Source: Vicinamibacterales bacterium (GTDB lineage: Bacteria; Acidobacteriota; Vicinamibacteria; Vicinamibacterales; UBA8438). Taken from it: DNA of 64,000 nucleotides. Positions 52,729 to 63,895 of the stretch are shown here, piece after piece. Each line of letters starts with the position of its first letter. Within the stretch, counting starts at the first letter, position 1. Both the position numbers and the translations under genes were made by a program. The notes under the pieces are model-generated. The model worked only from the letters and a program-made list of their open reading frames with translations, did no database searches and had not been told where the DNA came from. The stretch covers positions 417,810-481,809 of the forward strand of contig CBDBKJ010000004.1 in the NCBI GenBank assembly GCA_965206705.1. Reading direction: 5' to 3'.

Positions 52729-54227
52729 CCGAACGACAGCCGGTAGCCGGCCTCTTCGAGACAGGCCGCCTCGGTCTCCAGATCGGCGCGGGTCAACGGG
52801 TGCTCGTCGAGCCACCCCGGGGGAAAGCGCAGGTCGAGGGTCTTCTTCGCGGCGGTGAGCTCGATCGGGGGCAGGGACAGGGGGCTGCGGCTCCGGTGCA
52901 GGACCACCGAGAGGCGGAGCGGCATTGCCAGCCGCTCCGTCCACACCGACCAGTTTCGCGGCAGGGCGGCGATGACCGCGGTCGGGAACTTGCGCCGGTG
53001 CGACCGCACCAGCGTCGCCAGCACCTGCTGCTCGGGCAGCGAGAATCCCGGCAGGTCGGCGTGCGCGACGATGTACTCGCCGTGGCGATGGTAGTGGTTG
53101 TGAGCGATGTCCAGACCTATCTCGTGCAGATTCGCGGCCCAGGACAGGAACTGCCGGGCGTTGCGGGCCTCGAGATCCCAGCTCGCGGCCACCTGCGCCA
53201 GAAGGGTCAGGCTCGTCTGCTCCACCCGCGCCGCCTGCTTCCGATCGACGTGCGCGCGGTCGGCGAGGGCCTCGACCCCCCGCGCACGGACGTCGTGATC
53301 GCGAATGCGGCCGAGAAAGTCGTAGAGCAGGCCTTCCCGCAGGGCGCCCTCCGAACGGCGAATCACGTCGATGCCGAGCGCCTCGAACACTGCGGAGAGG
53401 ATGGCGGTTCCGCCGGCGATCGTGGTCTTGCGTCTGGGGTTCAACCCTTCGAGCCGCAGCCGGCCGATGCGCCCCGCCTTCAGCAGCGTGTCCCGCAGCC
53501 GGCCGAGGGCCTGGGCGGTGATCCCCTTCCGGCCCCACCCGTAGGTGCGGACCAGGCCGTCGATGGCCCGGATGGTCCCCGACGCGCCGACCGCCTCCTC
53601 CCAGTCGAAGGCCCGAAAGCGCTCGGCAACCGGTTCCAGCTCCTGCAGGGCGGCGAGCTCCGCCCGCCTCCAGTTCTCGGCGGTCAGCCGGCCGTCGCCG
53701 AAATGGGCCCGACTGAACGTGATGCAGCCCATGTACAGGCTCTCCATGTGCCGGGGCGCCTCGTCACCCACGATCAGCTCGGTGCTCCCGCCGCCGATGT
53801 CGACGACCAGTCTCCGGCGCCGCGGTCCGGACAGGGTCTGCGTCACCCCGAGAAAGATCAGGCGGGCCTCCTCTATCCCGGATATCGTCTCGATGGAGTG
53901 CCCCAGCGCCCGTTCCGCGTCGAGCAGGAACTCGCCGGCATCCTCCGCCGCCCGCAACGTGTTGGTGCCCACCGCGCGCACGTCGCTCGGCGCCATGTGG
54001 CGGAGCCTCTGCCCGAAACGCCGCAGGCATTCGATGGCCCGGTCGCGGGATTCCGGACTGAGACGGTTGTGGGCGTCGAGCCCCGATGCGAGCTGCACCA
54101 TTTCACGCAGGCGATCGACGAGGACCGGCTCGCCCCCCTTGGTGCGGGCGACCAGCATGTGGAAACTGTTGGAGCCGAGGTCGACGGCGGCGATGTTCTC
54201 GGGAAGGGTGTCAATCGGGTTCGGCAC
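52725..54227 (-). CDS. ppx: exopolyphosphatase / guanosine pentaphosphate phosphohydrolase family (Ppx/GppA)
   Basis: ..IAAVDLGSNSFHMLVA.., ..VGTNTLR.., ..VVDIGGGSTEL.., with a C-terminal HD-like region. Start is GTG 54227 (or TTG 54260). The TAG stop lies inside the CTAG flanking IS copy B. Confidence 0.88.
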   Translation of the reverse strand: MPNPIDTLPENIAAVDLGSNSFHMLVARTKGGEPVLVDRLREMVQLASGLDAHNRLSPESRDRAIECLRRFGQRLRHMAPSDVRAVGTNTLRAAEDAGEFLLDAERALGHSIETISGIEEARLIFLGVTQTLSGPRRRRLVVDIGGGSTELIVGDEAPRHMESLYMGCITFSRAHFGDGRLTAENWRRAELAALQELEPVAERFRAFDWEEAVGASGTIRAIDGLVRTYGWGRKGITAQALGRLRDTLLKAGRIGRLRLEGLNPRRKTTIAGGTAILSAVFEALGIDVIRRSEGALREGLLYDFLGRIRDHDVRARGVEALADRAHVDRKQAARVEQTSLTLLAQVAASWDLEARNARQFLSWAANLHEIGLDIAHNHYHRHGEYIVAHADLPGFSLPEQQVLATLVRSHRRKFPTAVIAALPRNWSVWTERLAMPLRLSVVLHRSRSPLSLPPIELTAAKKTLDLRFPPGWLDEHPLTRADLETEAACLEEAGYRLSFG

Positions 54228-54315
54228 GAGGCATGTCCTATACTCGAAGACTTCACGCAAGCGGAGATTCCCCGCGAGATATTAACAGTGCGCTCCCGAA
54301 TCGAAAGGGGAGGCG

Positions 54316-56436
54316 GTGTCCACTAGAGCACGTCTCGCCGCCCTCGGACCGGCCCGGGCGTTCGTCAGCCGCGAGCTGAGCTGGCTGGGGTTCGCCCGCA
54401 GGGTCCTGCACCTGGTCGGTCGTACCGACCTGCCTCTCCTCGAACGCGTCAAGTTCGCGGGCATCATCGGCATGCTCCACGACGAGTTCTTCATGAAGCG
54501 CATGAGCGGTCTGAAGCGCGAGATCGCCAATCGCGCCAAGAAGCTGTCCATCGACGGCCGGAAGCCGGCCGACGAGCTCGCGGCGTGCCGCGCCCAGCTG
54601 CTGTCCCAGGTGACCGAGCTCAGCCGGCTGTGGCGCGAGGAGCTGGTGCCGGAGCTGGCCCGGGCGGGGTTGCCGATCCTGGCTCACGAGGAGCTGAATC
54701 GGGACGAGCGTGCGGCGCTGCGCGCCTACTTCGCCCGCAACATCCAGCCGATCCTGACCCCGCTCGCGGTCGATTCCGAGCATCCGTTTCCGTTCATCAG
54801 CAACGTCGGGCTCAACCTCGCGGTCTCCATCCCGCAGGGGGGCGACACCCGCTTCGTGCGCATCAAGGTGCCCGGCAACCGCCCGCGGTGGATTCCCCTG
54901 GAGGCTCGCCCGGGCGTCGTGCCGATCGAGCAGGTCATCGCCGCCAACCTCGACCTGATCTATCCCGGCTCGCCGCCCGCCGCGGTCCACGCGTTCCGGG
55001 TCACGCGCGGGGCGGAGGGTGCCGTCGAACCGTCGGACGGCGCCAGCGACGCGCTGTTGATGGAGCCGGGCAGCATCATCCGTCAGGTCAGCTCCGAGCT
55101 GAAGGCCCGCCGGTTCGCCGGCGTGGTGCGGCTGCAGGTGGACAGTGCGATGCCGGAGAGCCAGGTAGAGTGGCTCAGCCGTCAGTTGGGGATCGGCCCG
55201 GACGACGTCTATCCGACACGGGCGCCGCTCGGCGTGAGCGACCTCCAGCGATTCGACGGACAGGGCCGCGACGATCTGCGCCATCCGCCGCATCGGCCGG
55301 TGGACCACCCCCGCCTGCGCAGGCTGCTCCCCAGCTCTGCCGCGATCTTCGACGAGATTGCCCGGGGCGACATTCTGCTGCACCACCCCTACCAGAGCTT
55401 CGACAGCTCAGTGCTGCGGTTCCTGAACTCGGCCGCGGCGGATCCGGCGGTCCTCGCCATCAAGCTGACGATCTATCGCACCAGCCGCGATTCACCGCTG
55501 TTGCGGGCATTGGCGGAGGCCGCGAGACAGGGCAAGCAGGTGGCGGTCCTCGTCGAGATCACCGCGCGATTCGACGAAGCCCCGAACATCGCGTGGGGCA
55601 ACTTCCTGGAGAAGGAGGGCGTGCACGTCTCCTACGGCGTGGAGCGGCTCAAGACGCACGTCAAGCTCGCCCTCGTCGTGCGCGAGGAGCCGGACGGGGT
55701 ACGGCGCTACGCCCACGTGGGAACCGGGAACTACCATTCGGGGACGGCCAAGATCTACGAGGACGTGGGACTCCTGACGTGCAACGAGCCGATCTGCAGC
55801 GACGTCGCCACCGTCTTCAACTCGCTGACCGGCGTCATTCCCTACCCCGAGAGCAGCAAGCTGCTGGTGGCCCCGGTGTCGATGCGGCGCCGCTTCATCG
55901 AGCTCATCCGCCGCGAGGCGGAGCATGCCGGGGCGGGGCGGCCGTCCGGCATCGACGCGAAGATGAACCAGCTCCAGGACGCGGAGATCATCCACGAGCT
56001 CTACGATGCCAGCCGGGCCGGAGTGCCCATCCGGCTCAACGTCCGCGGGCTCTGCTGCCTGCGCCCCGGGGTGGAGGGGTTGTCGGAGACGGTGCGCGTG
56101 TTCAGCGTCGTGGGACGCTTCCTCGAGCACAGCCGGATCTTCCGGTTCGTCAACGGAGGGCAGCCGGAGCACTTCATCGGGTCGGCGGACTGGATGAAAC
56201 GCAACCTGAACGGCCGGGTCGAAACCGTTATCCCGGTCGAGGACTCCGGGTTGAAGCGGCAGCTCGACGACATTCTGGCGGCCTACGAGCAGGACAACTG
56301 CTCGGTGTGGGACTGCGGGTCGGACGGCGAGTACGCCCTCAGGACTCCGGCCGCCGGCCAGCCGCGTCGCGAGGTGCAGGCGGAGTTCATCCGGCGGGGC
56401 CGGACCGTCGCGGAACCCGCCGGCGTGGGGGTCTAG
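54316..56436 (+). CDS. ppk: polyphosphate kinase 1
   Basis: GTG at 54316 follows the RBS aaaggggagg. FVSRELSWLGFARRVL.., ..LERVKFAGI.., ..YHPYQSFD.., ..HVGTGNYH.., ..FLEHSRIF.. Length is 706 aa. Confidence 0.93.
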   Translation: MSTRARLAALGPARAFVSRELSWLGFARRVLHLVGRTDLPLLERVKFAGIIGMLHDEFFMKRMSGLKREIANRAKKLSIDGRKPADELAACRAQLLSQVTELSRLWREELVPELARAGLPILAHEELNRDERAALRAYFARNIQPILTPLAVDSEHPFPFISNVGLNLAVSIPQGGDTRFVRIKVPGNRPRWIPLEARPGVVPIEQVIAANLDLIYPGSPPAAVHAFRVTRGAEGAVEPSDGASDALLMEPGSIIRQVSSELKARRFAGVVRLQVDSAMPESQVEWLSRQLGIGPDDVYPTRAPLGVSDLQRFDGQGRDDLRHPPHRPVDHPRLRRLLPSSAAIFDEIARGDILLHHPYQSFDSSVLRFLNSAAADPAVLAIKLTIYRTSRDSPLLRALAEAARQGKQVAVLVEITARFDEAPNIAWGNFLEKEGVHVSYGVERLKTHVKLALVVREEPDGVRRYAHVGTGNYHSGTAKIYEDVGLLTCNEPICSDVATVFNSLTGVIPYPESSKLLVAPVSMRRRFIELIRREAEHAGAGRPSGIDAKMNQLQDAEIIHELYDASRAGVPIRLNVRGLCCLRPGVEGLSETVRVFSVVGRFLEHSRIFRFVNGGQPEHFIGSADWMKRNLNGRVETVIPVEDSGLKRQLDDILAAYEQDNCSVWDCGSDGEYALRTPAAGQPRREVQAEFIRRGRTVAEPAGVGV

Positions 56437-56589
56437 CCAACGCACCGCCGCCGGCAACCACTTTGGTCGAGCCGACGGTTGCCGAAAGCCCAACCGAACC
56501 TCCAGAATCGACCGCGAACAGGCCGACGTGGTGGCGGATGCCATTCGCACCCGCTGGGGGATTGGGCCTTGTCACCGCGCACGGAACAA

Positions 56590-56655
56590 TGCGAGCCAGC
56601 GCGACCCTACGGTTGCGTTGGAAGTTCGCTGGCGCGAAACCTCTACGGCGCAGGC
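56590..56655 (-). repeat. about 62-nt 3'-end / post-stop element, copy 2 (see 5701..5768)
   Basis: It covers the last codons (EPAP-TAG) of the kinase gene plus a downstream hairpin-containing segment, and is about 90% identical to 5701-5768. Confidence 0.7.
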
Positions 56656-59600
56656 TCCTGGACCAGGGCGGGGACGTCCGTGATCGGCAGCGTCATGGTC
56701 ACGGCGGTGCCTCGGCCCCGTTCGCTGGTGACGGCGATGGTCCCGCCGTTCAGCTCCACGTTGCGCCTCGCAATCGCCATTCCCAGGCCCGTGCCGGTGA
56801 TGCGGGTCGAGAAGTACGGCTCGAAGATGCGGGCCAGCACGTCGGGTTCGAGTCCGACGCCGGTGTCCCGGATGATCAGCTGTACCTGCGCGGCGTGCCG
56901 CACGACGCCGATCGCGAGGGTCCCCTCGTCGGGCATCGCGTGCAGGGCATTGTCGATGATGTTCGTGATGGCCCGCTGTATGAGTACCGCGTCGAGTTGC
57001 AGCCGGGGCAGATCCGGAGGCAGATCGGCCGACAGGGCGATCCGGCCCTGGAGGCCGGGTCGATAGGGGGCGACGACCTCGTTCACGAGGGCCGCCAGAT
57101 CCGCGGGCGCGCGCTTGGCGACGGGGGAGGAGGCGTAGCTCGAGAACTCGGAGGCGATCTGACGCAGGATCCGGACCTGCTTCAGGATCGCGTCGACGCA
57201 CCCCTGCAGCACCGGGGTCAGCGGCGATCCGCGGTCGGCGTGGACGCGGAGCAGATGCTCGGCGTTGAGCTGGACCGGGGTCAGGGGGTTCTTGATCTCG
57301 TGGGCGACCTGACGGGCCATCTCCGTCCAGGCTTCGAGACGGTGGGTGCGCTCGAGCTGGCGTCTCTGGGCGTCGAGCTCGACGGCCATCCGGTTGAAGT
57401 CGGCCTCGAGGATGACGAGCTCGTCGGCCGACCGCGCCGCCACCTGCTTCTCGATGCGGTCCGCCTGGAGATCGGATACGAGCGGACCGAACTCGCCCCG
57501 CGCGACCCGGCTGGTGGCCCGGGTGAGCCGCTTGACGGGATTGGCGATGCCGCGGGCGATGGCCCAGCCGACGAACCCGACGACGGCGGCAAAGAAGAGG
57601 GCGAACCCCAGCACCCGCCGGTTGAGCTCGTCGATCTCCCCCTCGATCTCCTGTTGCCTCGACGCCAACGGCACCGTCAGAATTACGTCGCGTCCCCCGA
57701 CCCGGACCGGCGCCGCCGCCAGCTGATACCGGAGGGACCCGGCCGCGTCCTCGCCCACGAAGCTGGGCAGCTGGTCGAGGGCGATGGCGCGATAGACCCT
57801 GTCCGGCGTGCGCGTCGGCAACACCCCGGACGCGTAGAGGTCGCGGGTGCTCGTGGCGACGAGATGCGGGCCATCGAAGATGTTGACGTCCTGTCCGATC
57901 ACCTGACCGATGCGGACCAGGATGTCGTCGGTGAAGCGGGCGATGATCTGCCCGTCGGGCGACTGGACGGTGACCGACTCCTCGATGACGCTGCGCGCCA
58001 CCGCCGCCACCCGTACCGCGCCGGCCTCGACGTCGGCCCGCAACTGATCGGCGAAGTACCCCTGAATCAGGAGCGCCACCACCACCACCGGAGCCGTCGC
58101 CACCCCCACGAACCAGATCTGCAGCTTGAGGGCGAATCGCGTCCGCACCTCGCGGTAGGGCAACCGCCGCCGGAGCCGCGGAAACACCACGGCGGCGAGG
58201 ACCACCGCCAGCAGCACGAAACCGCCGGCGGCGATGACCAGCACGGCGATCTCGGAGAGATGCAGCAGGTGGTCGAACGCGGTGTGCGCCGGATAGCCAA
58301 TCGCGTAGACGCCGGCGCGGGTATTGGTGAGGAACACCTCGTACCGGCGGGAGTCCTTGACGAGACGCGTCCAGAACGGGCTGCGGGACGCGTAGATCCG
58401 CTCGAACAGGGCATCGTCGATCGGCCACGCGCTCTGGTTCGAGAGGAACGCCGGCTGCCGTCCCCATCCGTAGATGACGAGCTCGACCTCGTGGCCCGGC
58501 GCGCCCGGCGCCGATGCGCTCCGGCCGGTCTCGAACGGCTCCACGTAGGGACTGCGCGAGGCAATGAACGGCAGCGACTCGTAGTCGACCTGCGCGACGT
58601 GGACGACCACGCCGCCGGCAGGGGTTCCACCCGCGCCGCCGCCGGGTCCGCAGAAGCCCCGTTCGGCATGCAGCATGCGGCGCTCTTCGGCGCCGAACGG
58701 CGCAACTTCGCCGAATACCTCCCATTGGCAGCCGGTGCCGGTCCACCGCGAGGCGGTCACCGAGTCGGGGATGTTCAGGGCGAATCGGCTCTGCAGCTCG
58801 CCCGTCGGTCCGAAGATCTCGACGGCCGAGGTCAACCTGGACGCGGCGAGGGCGGTCCGGTTCCAGATGCCGAACGCGGAATCGATGCCGGTTCCGGTCT
58901 GGTCCGGCGCCCCGGACAACGCCTGCAGGGCCGGCCGGGCGCGGAGCTCGGCGTCGATCTCCTCGAGGGTCCGGTCGAGCTGGCGGTTGAGGTCCTGCGG
59001 ATGCTCGGCCGCCCGCACGGCGTAGCCGGTCGCCACGAGATTGCGCTTCGCCTCGTCGCTCAGGGACACGAGCGAGAGATACAGGGGCAGCGCCGGCACC
59101 AGGATGGCGCACAGGGTCGCGAGCAGGCGGGTCACCGGATCGGTGCGGCGGAACCAGTGCATCAACCGCTGCCCGCGGAACGCGAGGACGCTCCCGGCCA
59201 GGCACAACAGCAGCGATGGCGCGAGCGGCGCCCATCCCGCGGCGGCGGCGAGACCGGCGGGGACCAGGATCGACAGCAGCAACCGCCAGGCGCGCCGCGA
59301 GAGCGGCCGGACCGGCCACCGGGCGAGGGCGATGGCCATCAGCAGCGCCGTGGCCCACACCGTCGAGGCGGTTGCGAGGACGAGCGCGAGCTGGAGAGCG
59401 GTTCGGGCCGGGTCGAACGGCTGCAGGGACGTGTGCAGCAGGTCCATCGACGCGCCGGCCACCGTGTCCTGCAGGAACCGGTGGTGGATTCCGAGCAGCG
59501 CGGTCATCAGCACCAACGCGCCCGGGGGCACGGCCCCGAGTCCGGTCTTCGTTTCCGAGCGCCGGGCCGGCCTGAACCACTGTCTGCGGTTGGCGCTCTC

Positions 59601-60644
59601 ACCTGCCAGCACGACCAGCACCGTACCGACGGCGGCGGCCAGCAACAGGTCCACGGCGGTGCGCAGGAGTTGCGGGGCCAGGGCGGAACGATAGGCGGCC
59701 GGCGACAGCAGGCGTCCCGCGAACAGGTCCGGCGGGCCCGCCAGCCACAGCCAGCCCCCCGCGGCCAGCGTCGCGGTGGCCGCGATGACCGACGGCCGCA
59801 GGTGGCCCAGACGTGTTCGCCCCGCCAGCGCGCGGCCGCCGGCGGCGAGGGTGGTTGCCGCCAGCACGACGAGGAAGAGCGCGACGACGCGGCGTCGCCA
59901 GCGGGTGCGCACCCGGTCGATCTCGTCGAGGCTGATCGAGACGCCCATGCGCGCCGCCCCGTCCGCCCCCGCTGCATCGAACCGGTACACGCGGGGGTCG
60001 CCGCCGCGATCGTCGCCGGTACGCAGGACCGCATCGCCGACCGAGGTCCGGGCGATGAAACCCCCATCGGGATCTTCGCTCGCGCGGGCGGACGAGATGA
60101 CGCGCTCGACGACGACCGTCCCGAGCCGGCGGGCCGGCCCGCCAGGTTGAGGGGCCGGCTCGACGATGGGTTCGACGTGGACGAGCCGCAGCCCCGCGGG
60201 GCCGACCTCGGCGAACCCGGTGGGACCGGACTGGAGGCGTTCCGGACTCAGCTCGGCGGGATGACCGTGCCACGCGCGGGGGACCGCACGTGCGTCGTAG
60301 ACGGTGATCGCCAGATCGGCGACGGTCGGGTCGCCGTCGGCGGCGCGCAGGATATCGAAGACCCGCCGGACCGCCGGTGGATCGCCGGCCAGACCGTCCT
60401 GCACCTCGGCACGCCCGGCCAGCCCCTGCGCGGCGCGCGTCAGTGCCGCATCCACCCCGGCGACATGCGTCGTGATCTCGCGGACCGCCCGCGCGGTCGC
60501 GGCGGCGTGGTCGCCGACCAGCCCCCGTTCCAGGGCGGCGCCGAGCAGCAGGACCGCGAGGGCCGCGATTCCGCCGCCGCCGATCAGACGAGACCAGCCG
60601 GAAACGGGCCGCCGCCGGGTTGCCTGTCCTCGCCCCGATTCCAC
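56643..60644 (-). CDS. very large NtrY-like sensor histidine kinase (extended multi-TM / periplasmic N-terminus, HAMP, HisKA, HATPase)
   Basis: The C-terminus has ..ARQVAHEIKNPLTPVQLNAEHL.., ..NIIDNALHAM.., ..DTGVGL.., ..GTGLGMAIARR.. The GTG at 60644 (VESGRGQATRRRPVSGWSRLIGGGGIAALAVLLLG) is chosen as the start. The ORF upstream of it is Arg/Pro-rich noise. Confidence 0.8.
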   Translation of the reverse strand: MESGRGQATRRRPVSGWSRLIGGGGIAALAVLLLGAALERGLVGDHAAATARAVREITTHVAGVDAALTRAAQGLAGRAEVQDGLAGDPPAVRRVFDILRAADGDPTVADLAITVYDARAVPRAWHGHPAELSPERLQSGPTGFAEVGPAGLRLVHVEPIVEPAPQPGGPARRLGTVVVERVISSARASEDPDGGFIARTSVGDAVLRTGDDRGGDPRVYRFDAAGADGAARMGVSISLDEIDRVRTRWRRRVVALFLVVLAATTLAAGGRALAGRTRLGHLRPSVIAATATLAAGGWLWLAGPPDLFAGRLLSPAAYRSALAPQLLRTAVDLLLAAAVGTVLVVLAGESANRRQWFRPARRSETKTGLGAVPPGALVLMTALLGIHHRFLQDTVAGASMDLLHTSLQPFDPARTALQLALVLATASTVWATALLMAIALARWPVRPLSRRAWRLLLSILVPAGLAAAAGWAPLAPSLLLCLAGSVLAFRGQRLMHWFRRTDPVTRLLATLCAILVPALPLYLSLVSLSDEAKRNLVATGYAVRAAEHPQDLNRQLDRTLEEIDAELRARPALQALSGAPDQTGTGIDSAFGIWNRTALAASRLTSAVEIFGPTGELQSRFALNIPDSVTASRWTGTGCQWEVFGEVAPFGAEERRMLHAERGFCGPGGGAGGTPAGGVVVHVAQVDYESLPFIASRSPYVEPFETGRSASAPGAPGHEVELVIYGWGRQPAFLSNQSAWPIDDALFERIYASRSPFWTRLVKDSRRYEVFLTNTRAGVYAIGYPAHTAFDHLLHLSEIAVLVIAAGGFVLLAVVLAAVVFPRLRRRLPYREVRTRFALKLQIWFVGVATAPVVVVALLIQGYFADQLRADVEAGAVRVAAVARSVIEESVTVQSPDGQIIARFTDDILVRIGQVIGQDVNIFDGPHLVATSTRDLYASGVLPTRTPDRVYRAIALDQLPSFVGEDAAGSLRYQLAAAPVRVGGRDVILTVPLASRQQEIEGEIDELNRRVLGFALFFAAVVGFVGWAIARGIANPVKRLTRATSRVARGEFGPLVSDLQADRIEKQVAARSADELVILEADFNRMAVELDAQRRQLERTHRLEAWTEMARQVAHEIKNPLTPVQLNAEHLLRVHADRGSPLTPVLQGCVDAILKQVRILRQIASEFSSYASSPVAKRAPADLAALVNEVVAPYRPGLQGRIALSADLPPDLPRLQLDAVLIQRAITNIIDNALHAMPDEGTLAIGVVRHAAQVQLIIRDTGVGLEPDVLARIFEPYFSTRITGTGLGMAIARRNVELNGGTIAVTSERGRGTAVTMTLPITDVPALVQEPAP

Positions 60645-60756
60645 GATGAGGCCAGCATACCGCAGGAGCCCGGGGGGGCAGGCAGCCCGCCGCCGCGAAC
60701 CTGCTGCATGCAACCGGTGCGACCAGGGATGCCGCCACGGGCGGTCGGGCGGCACC

Positions 60757-62133
60757 TCACCGCGGCGGGGCCGGAGCCGGCAGGTCGGCCGGCGCGGGCG
60801 CGTCCGTCTCCGGGTCGGCCGCACCAGCGGGTGCGGTCTCCCCGTCGGGGGCATCCGCGGTCGTGGTGGTCTCCCCCTCGGAAGCATCCGCAGCCGTGGC
60901 GGTCTCACCCTCAGGGGCATCCGCCGGCTCGGCGGGATCTCCGGCGGCGTCGGTGTCGCCGCCGGAGTCGCTGTCCTCCTCCGCTGCCGCGAAGAACTTC
61001 TCCCAGGCGGTGGTGACGGCCGGATCGAGCCGTTCGGGCCCGCTGGCCCGCCCGATCGCCTGGAGCTCGCCGTCGGCGGTGAGCAGGAGCAGGAGCGATC
61101 CCTCACTCAGGGGGTCGGGGACCGCCAGGGGGGGGAACGCCAGCTCCGAGGAAACGCGCAGCCGATGGTAGACGGTGCCGCCGGTCGGGCCGTAGAGGTT
61201 GAGTTCCTCGCTCAACCCGCCCTGCATGATCAGGTCTTCCGCGTGCCGGGGGCCGGCCGAGGGCCGGACCGGCAGCAGCTCGCGCCACCGTTGCCCACCA
61301 TGCGAGCGATCCAGGGCCCACAGGATGTTGTCGAGCGAGGAGAAGTACACGTGCTCGTCGTCGACGGTGGGGAGGCCGGCGACGTCGCCTCCGGCGCGCC
61401 AGCGCCACCGGAGCGCCCCGTCAAGCCGGGACAGCCGATAGAAGTGATTGTCGGTGGCGCCGACGAACAGGTCGCCGGCCACGAGAATCTCCCGCGGCGC
61501 GCCGCCCAGCGGCCGTTCCCAGATCACCTCGCCCGTCAGGAGCTCCAGGGCCGCGATGCGGCCGCTGTCGAGAGACAGGTACAGGCGATCGCCGGCGATG
61601 GTCGGCCGGACGCTGATGCCGCCGTCGAAGACCTGCCTCCACACCACCCCGCCGATCCCGGCGTGCAGAGCGAGCAGCACGCCGGTCTCGAGCCCGGCGA
61701 TCAGCCACCCGGCCGTCCAGAGCAGGGGCGCGGACACGGACGCCTCCTGGGACGACGCCCACCGGACGTCGCCGGTCTCGGCGTCGAGAGCCACCAGACC
61801 CGCGGGGGTGGCCGCGTGGAACAGCCCGCCGCCGGCGGCGGGCTGGCCGACCACCGGCTGCTCGACCTGCCACAGCTCCGCCCCGTCGACGAGGCTGATC
61901 GCCACCACCCGGCCGTCGAAGAGCGCCGCGAAGAGCCGATCGCCGGACGCCACCGGCGCCGCCGCCGCGGGCGCGGGCAGGGTGACGGTCCATCGGCTGG
62001 CGACGGGCAGGAGCGTCGAAGGCGTCAGCGGTCCGGGCTCCGGGGTCCCGGGCCGCCGCTGGGCGGTCGCCGCGCCCGACAGCAGGGAGGCCGCGAGGAT
62101 GGCCGCCGAGGCGCATCTGATAGAGGTCTTCAT
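60757..62133 (-). CDS. secreted PQQ-like beta-propeller (BamB-like fold) protein with an acidic repetitive C-terminal tail
   Basis: ATG at 62133 (MKTSIRCASAAILAASLLSGAATAQ; no lipobox Cys). It has repeated ..DG..LW/RW.. blades. The tail is ..ADAPEGETATAADASEGETTTTADAPDGETAPAG.. Confidence 0.75.
   Translation of the reverse strand: MKTSIRCASAAILAASLLSGAATAQRRPGTPEPGPLTPSTLLPVASRWTVTLPAPAAAAPVASGDRLFAALFDGRVVAISLVDGAELWQVEQPVVGQPAAGGGLFHAATPAGLVALDAETGDVRWASSQEASVSAPLLWTAGWLIAGLETGVLLALHAGIGGVVWRQVFDGGISVRPTIAGDRLYLSLDSGRIAALELLTGEVIWERPLGGAPREILVAGDLFVGATDNHFYRLSRLDGALRWRWRAGGDVAGLPTVDDEHVYFSSLDNILWALDRSHGGQRWRELLPVRPSAGPRHAEDLIMQGGLSEELNLYGPTGGTVYHRLRVSSELAFPPLAVPDPLSEGSLLLLLTADGELQAIGRASGPERLDPAVTTAWEKFFAAAEEDSDSGGDTDAAGDPAEPADAPEGETATAADASEGETTTTADAPDGETAPAGAADPETDAPAPADLPAPAPPR
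60835..60933 (-). repeat. 3 x 33-bp in-frame tandem repeat within the coding sequence (11-aa acidic units)
   Basis: Units ggtctccccgtcgggggcatccgcggtcgtggt / ggtctccccctcggaagcatccgcagccgtggc / ggtctcaccctcaggggcatccgccggctcggc. Confidence 0.85.
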
Positions 62134-62176
62134 CGCTGGACTACAAGATATGGTGGTGTGCCGGCGAGCGTGTGTC

Positions 62177-62184
62177 ATTATAAT
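62177..62184. promoter_or_regulatory. palindromic ATTATAAT (-10-like on both strands) in the divergent intergenic region
   Basis: This is the only AT-rich octamer between the propeller gene (start 62133, minus) and guaA (start 62279, plus). No clear -35 element was found. Confidence 0.25.
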
Positions 62185-62278
62185 AGGCGTCGGCTGGCCG
62201 GGATCCCGTGCAGCCCCGGCGTTCGAGAATTCGGCGCCGGTCCATCGGTAACGCGTCCCGCATCAATCGGTCGCTCGC

Positions 62279-63817
<1,539 letters not shown>

Positions 63818-63895
63818 GGCTCGCGGCCCGGTCCCGGTGAGGTCCGCCGGCCGCGGTCAGTCGAGGTGAACGGCACGCGAATCGAGCGGCAGCCC

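Noticed and set aside
54585-61016. A 2143-aa ORF on the plus strand, the longest ORF in the track.
   Set aside because: It runs antisense to the well-supported kinase gene and through the 3' part of ppk1 in a different frame. Its translation is Arg/Gly/Pro/Ala-rich low-complexity sequence with no motifs. This is the typical shadow ORF of high-GC DNA.
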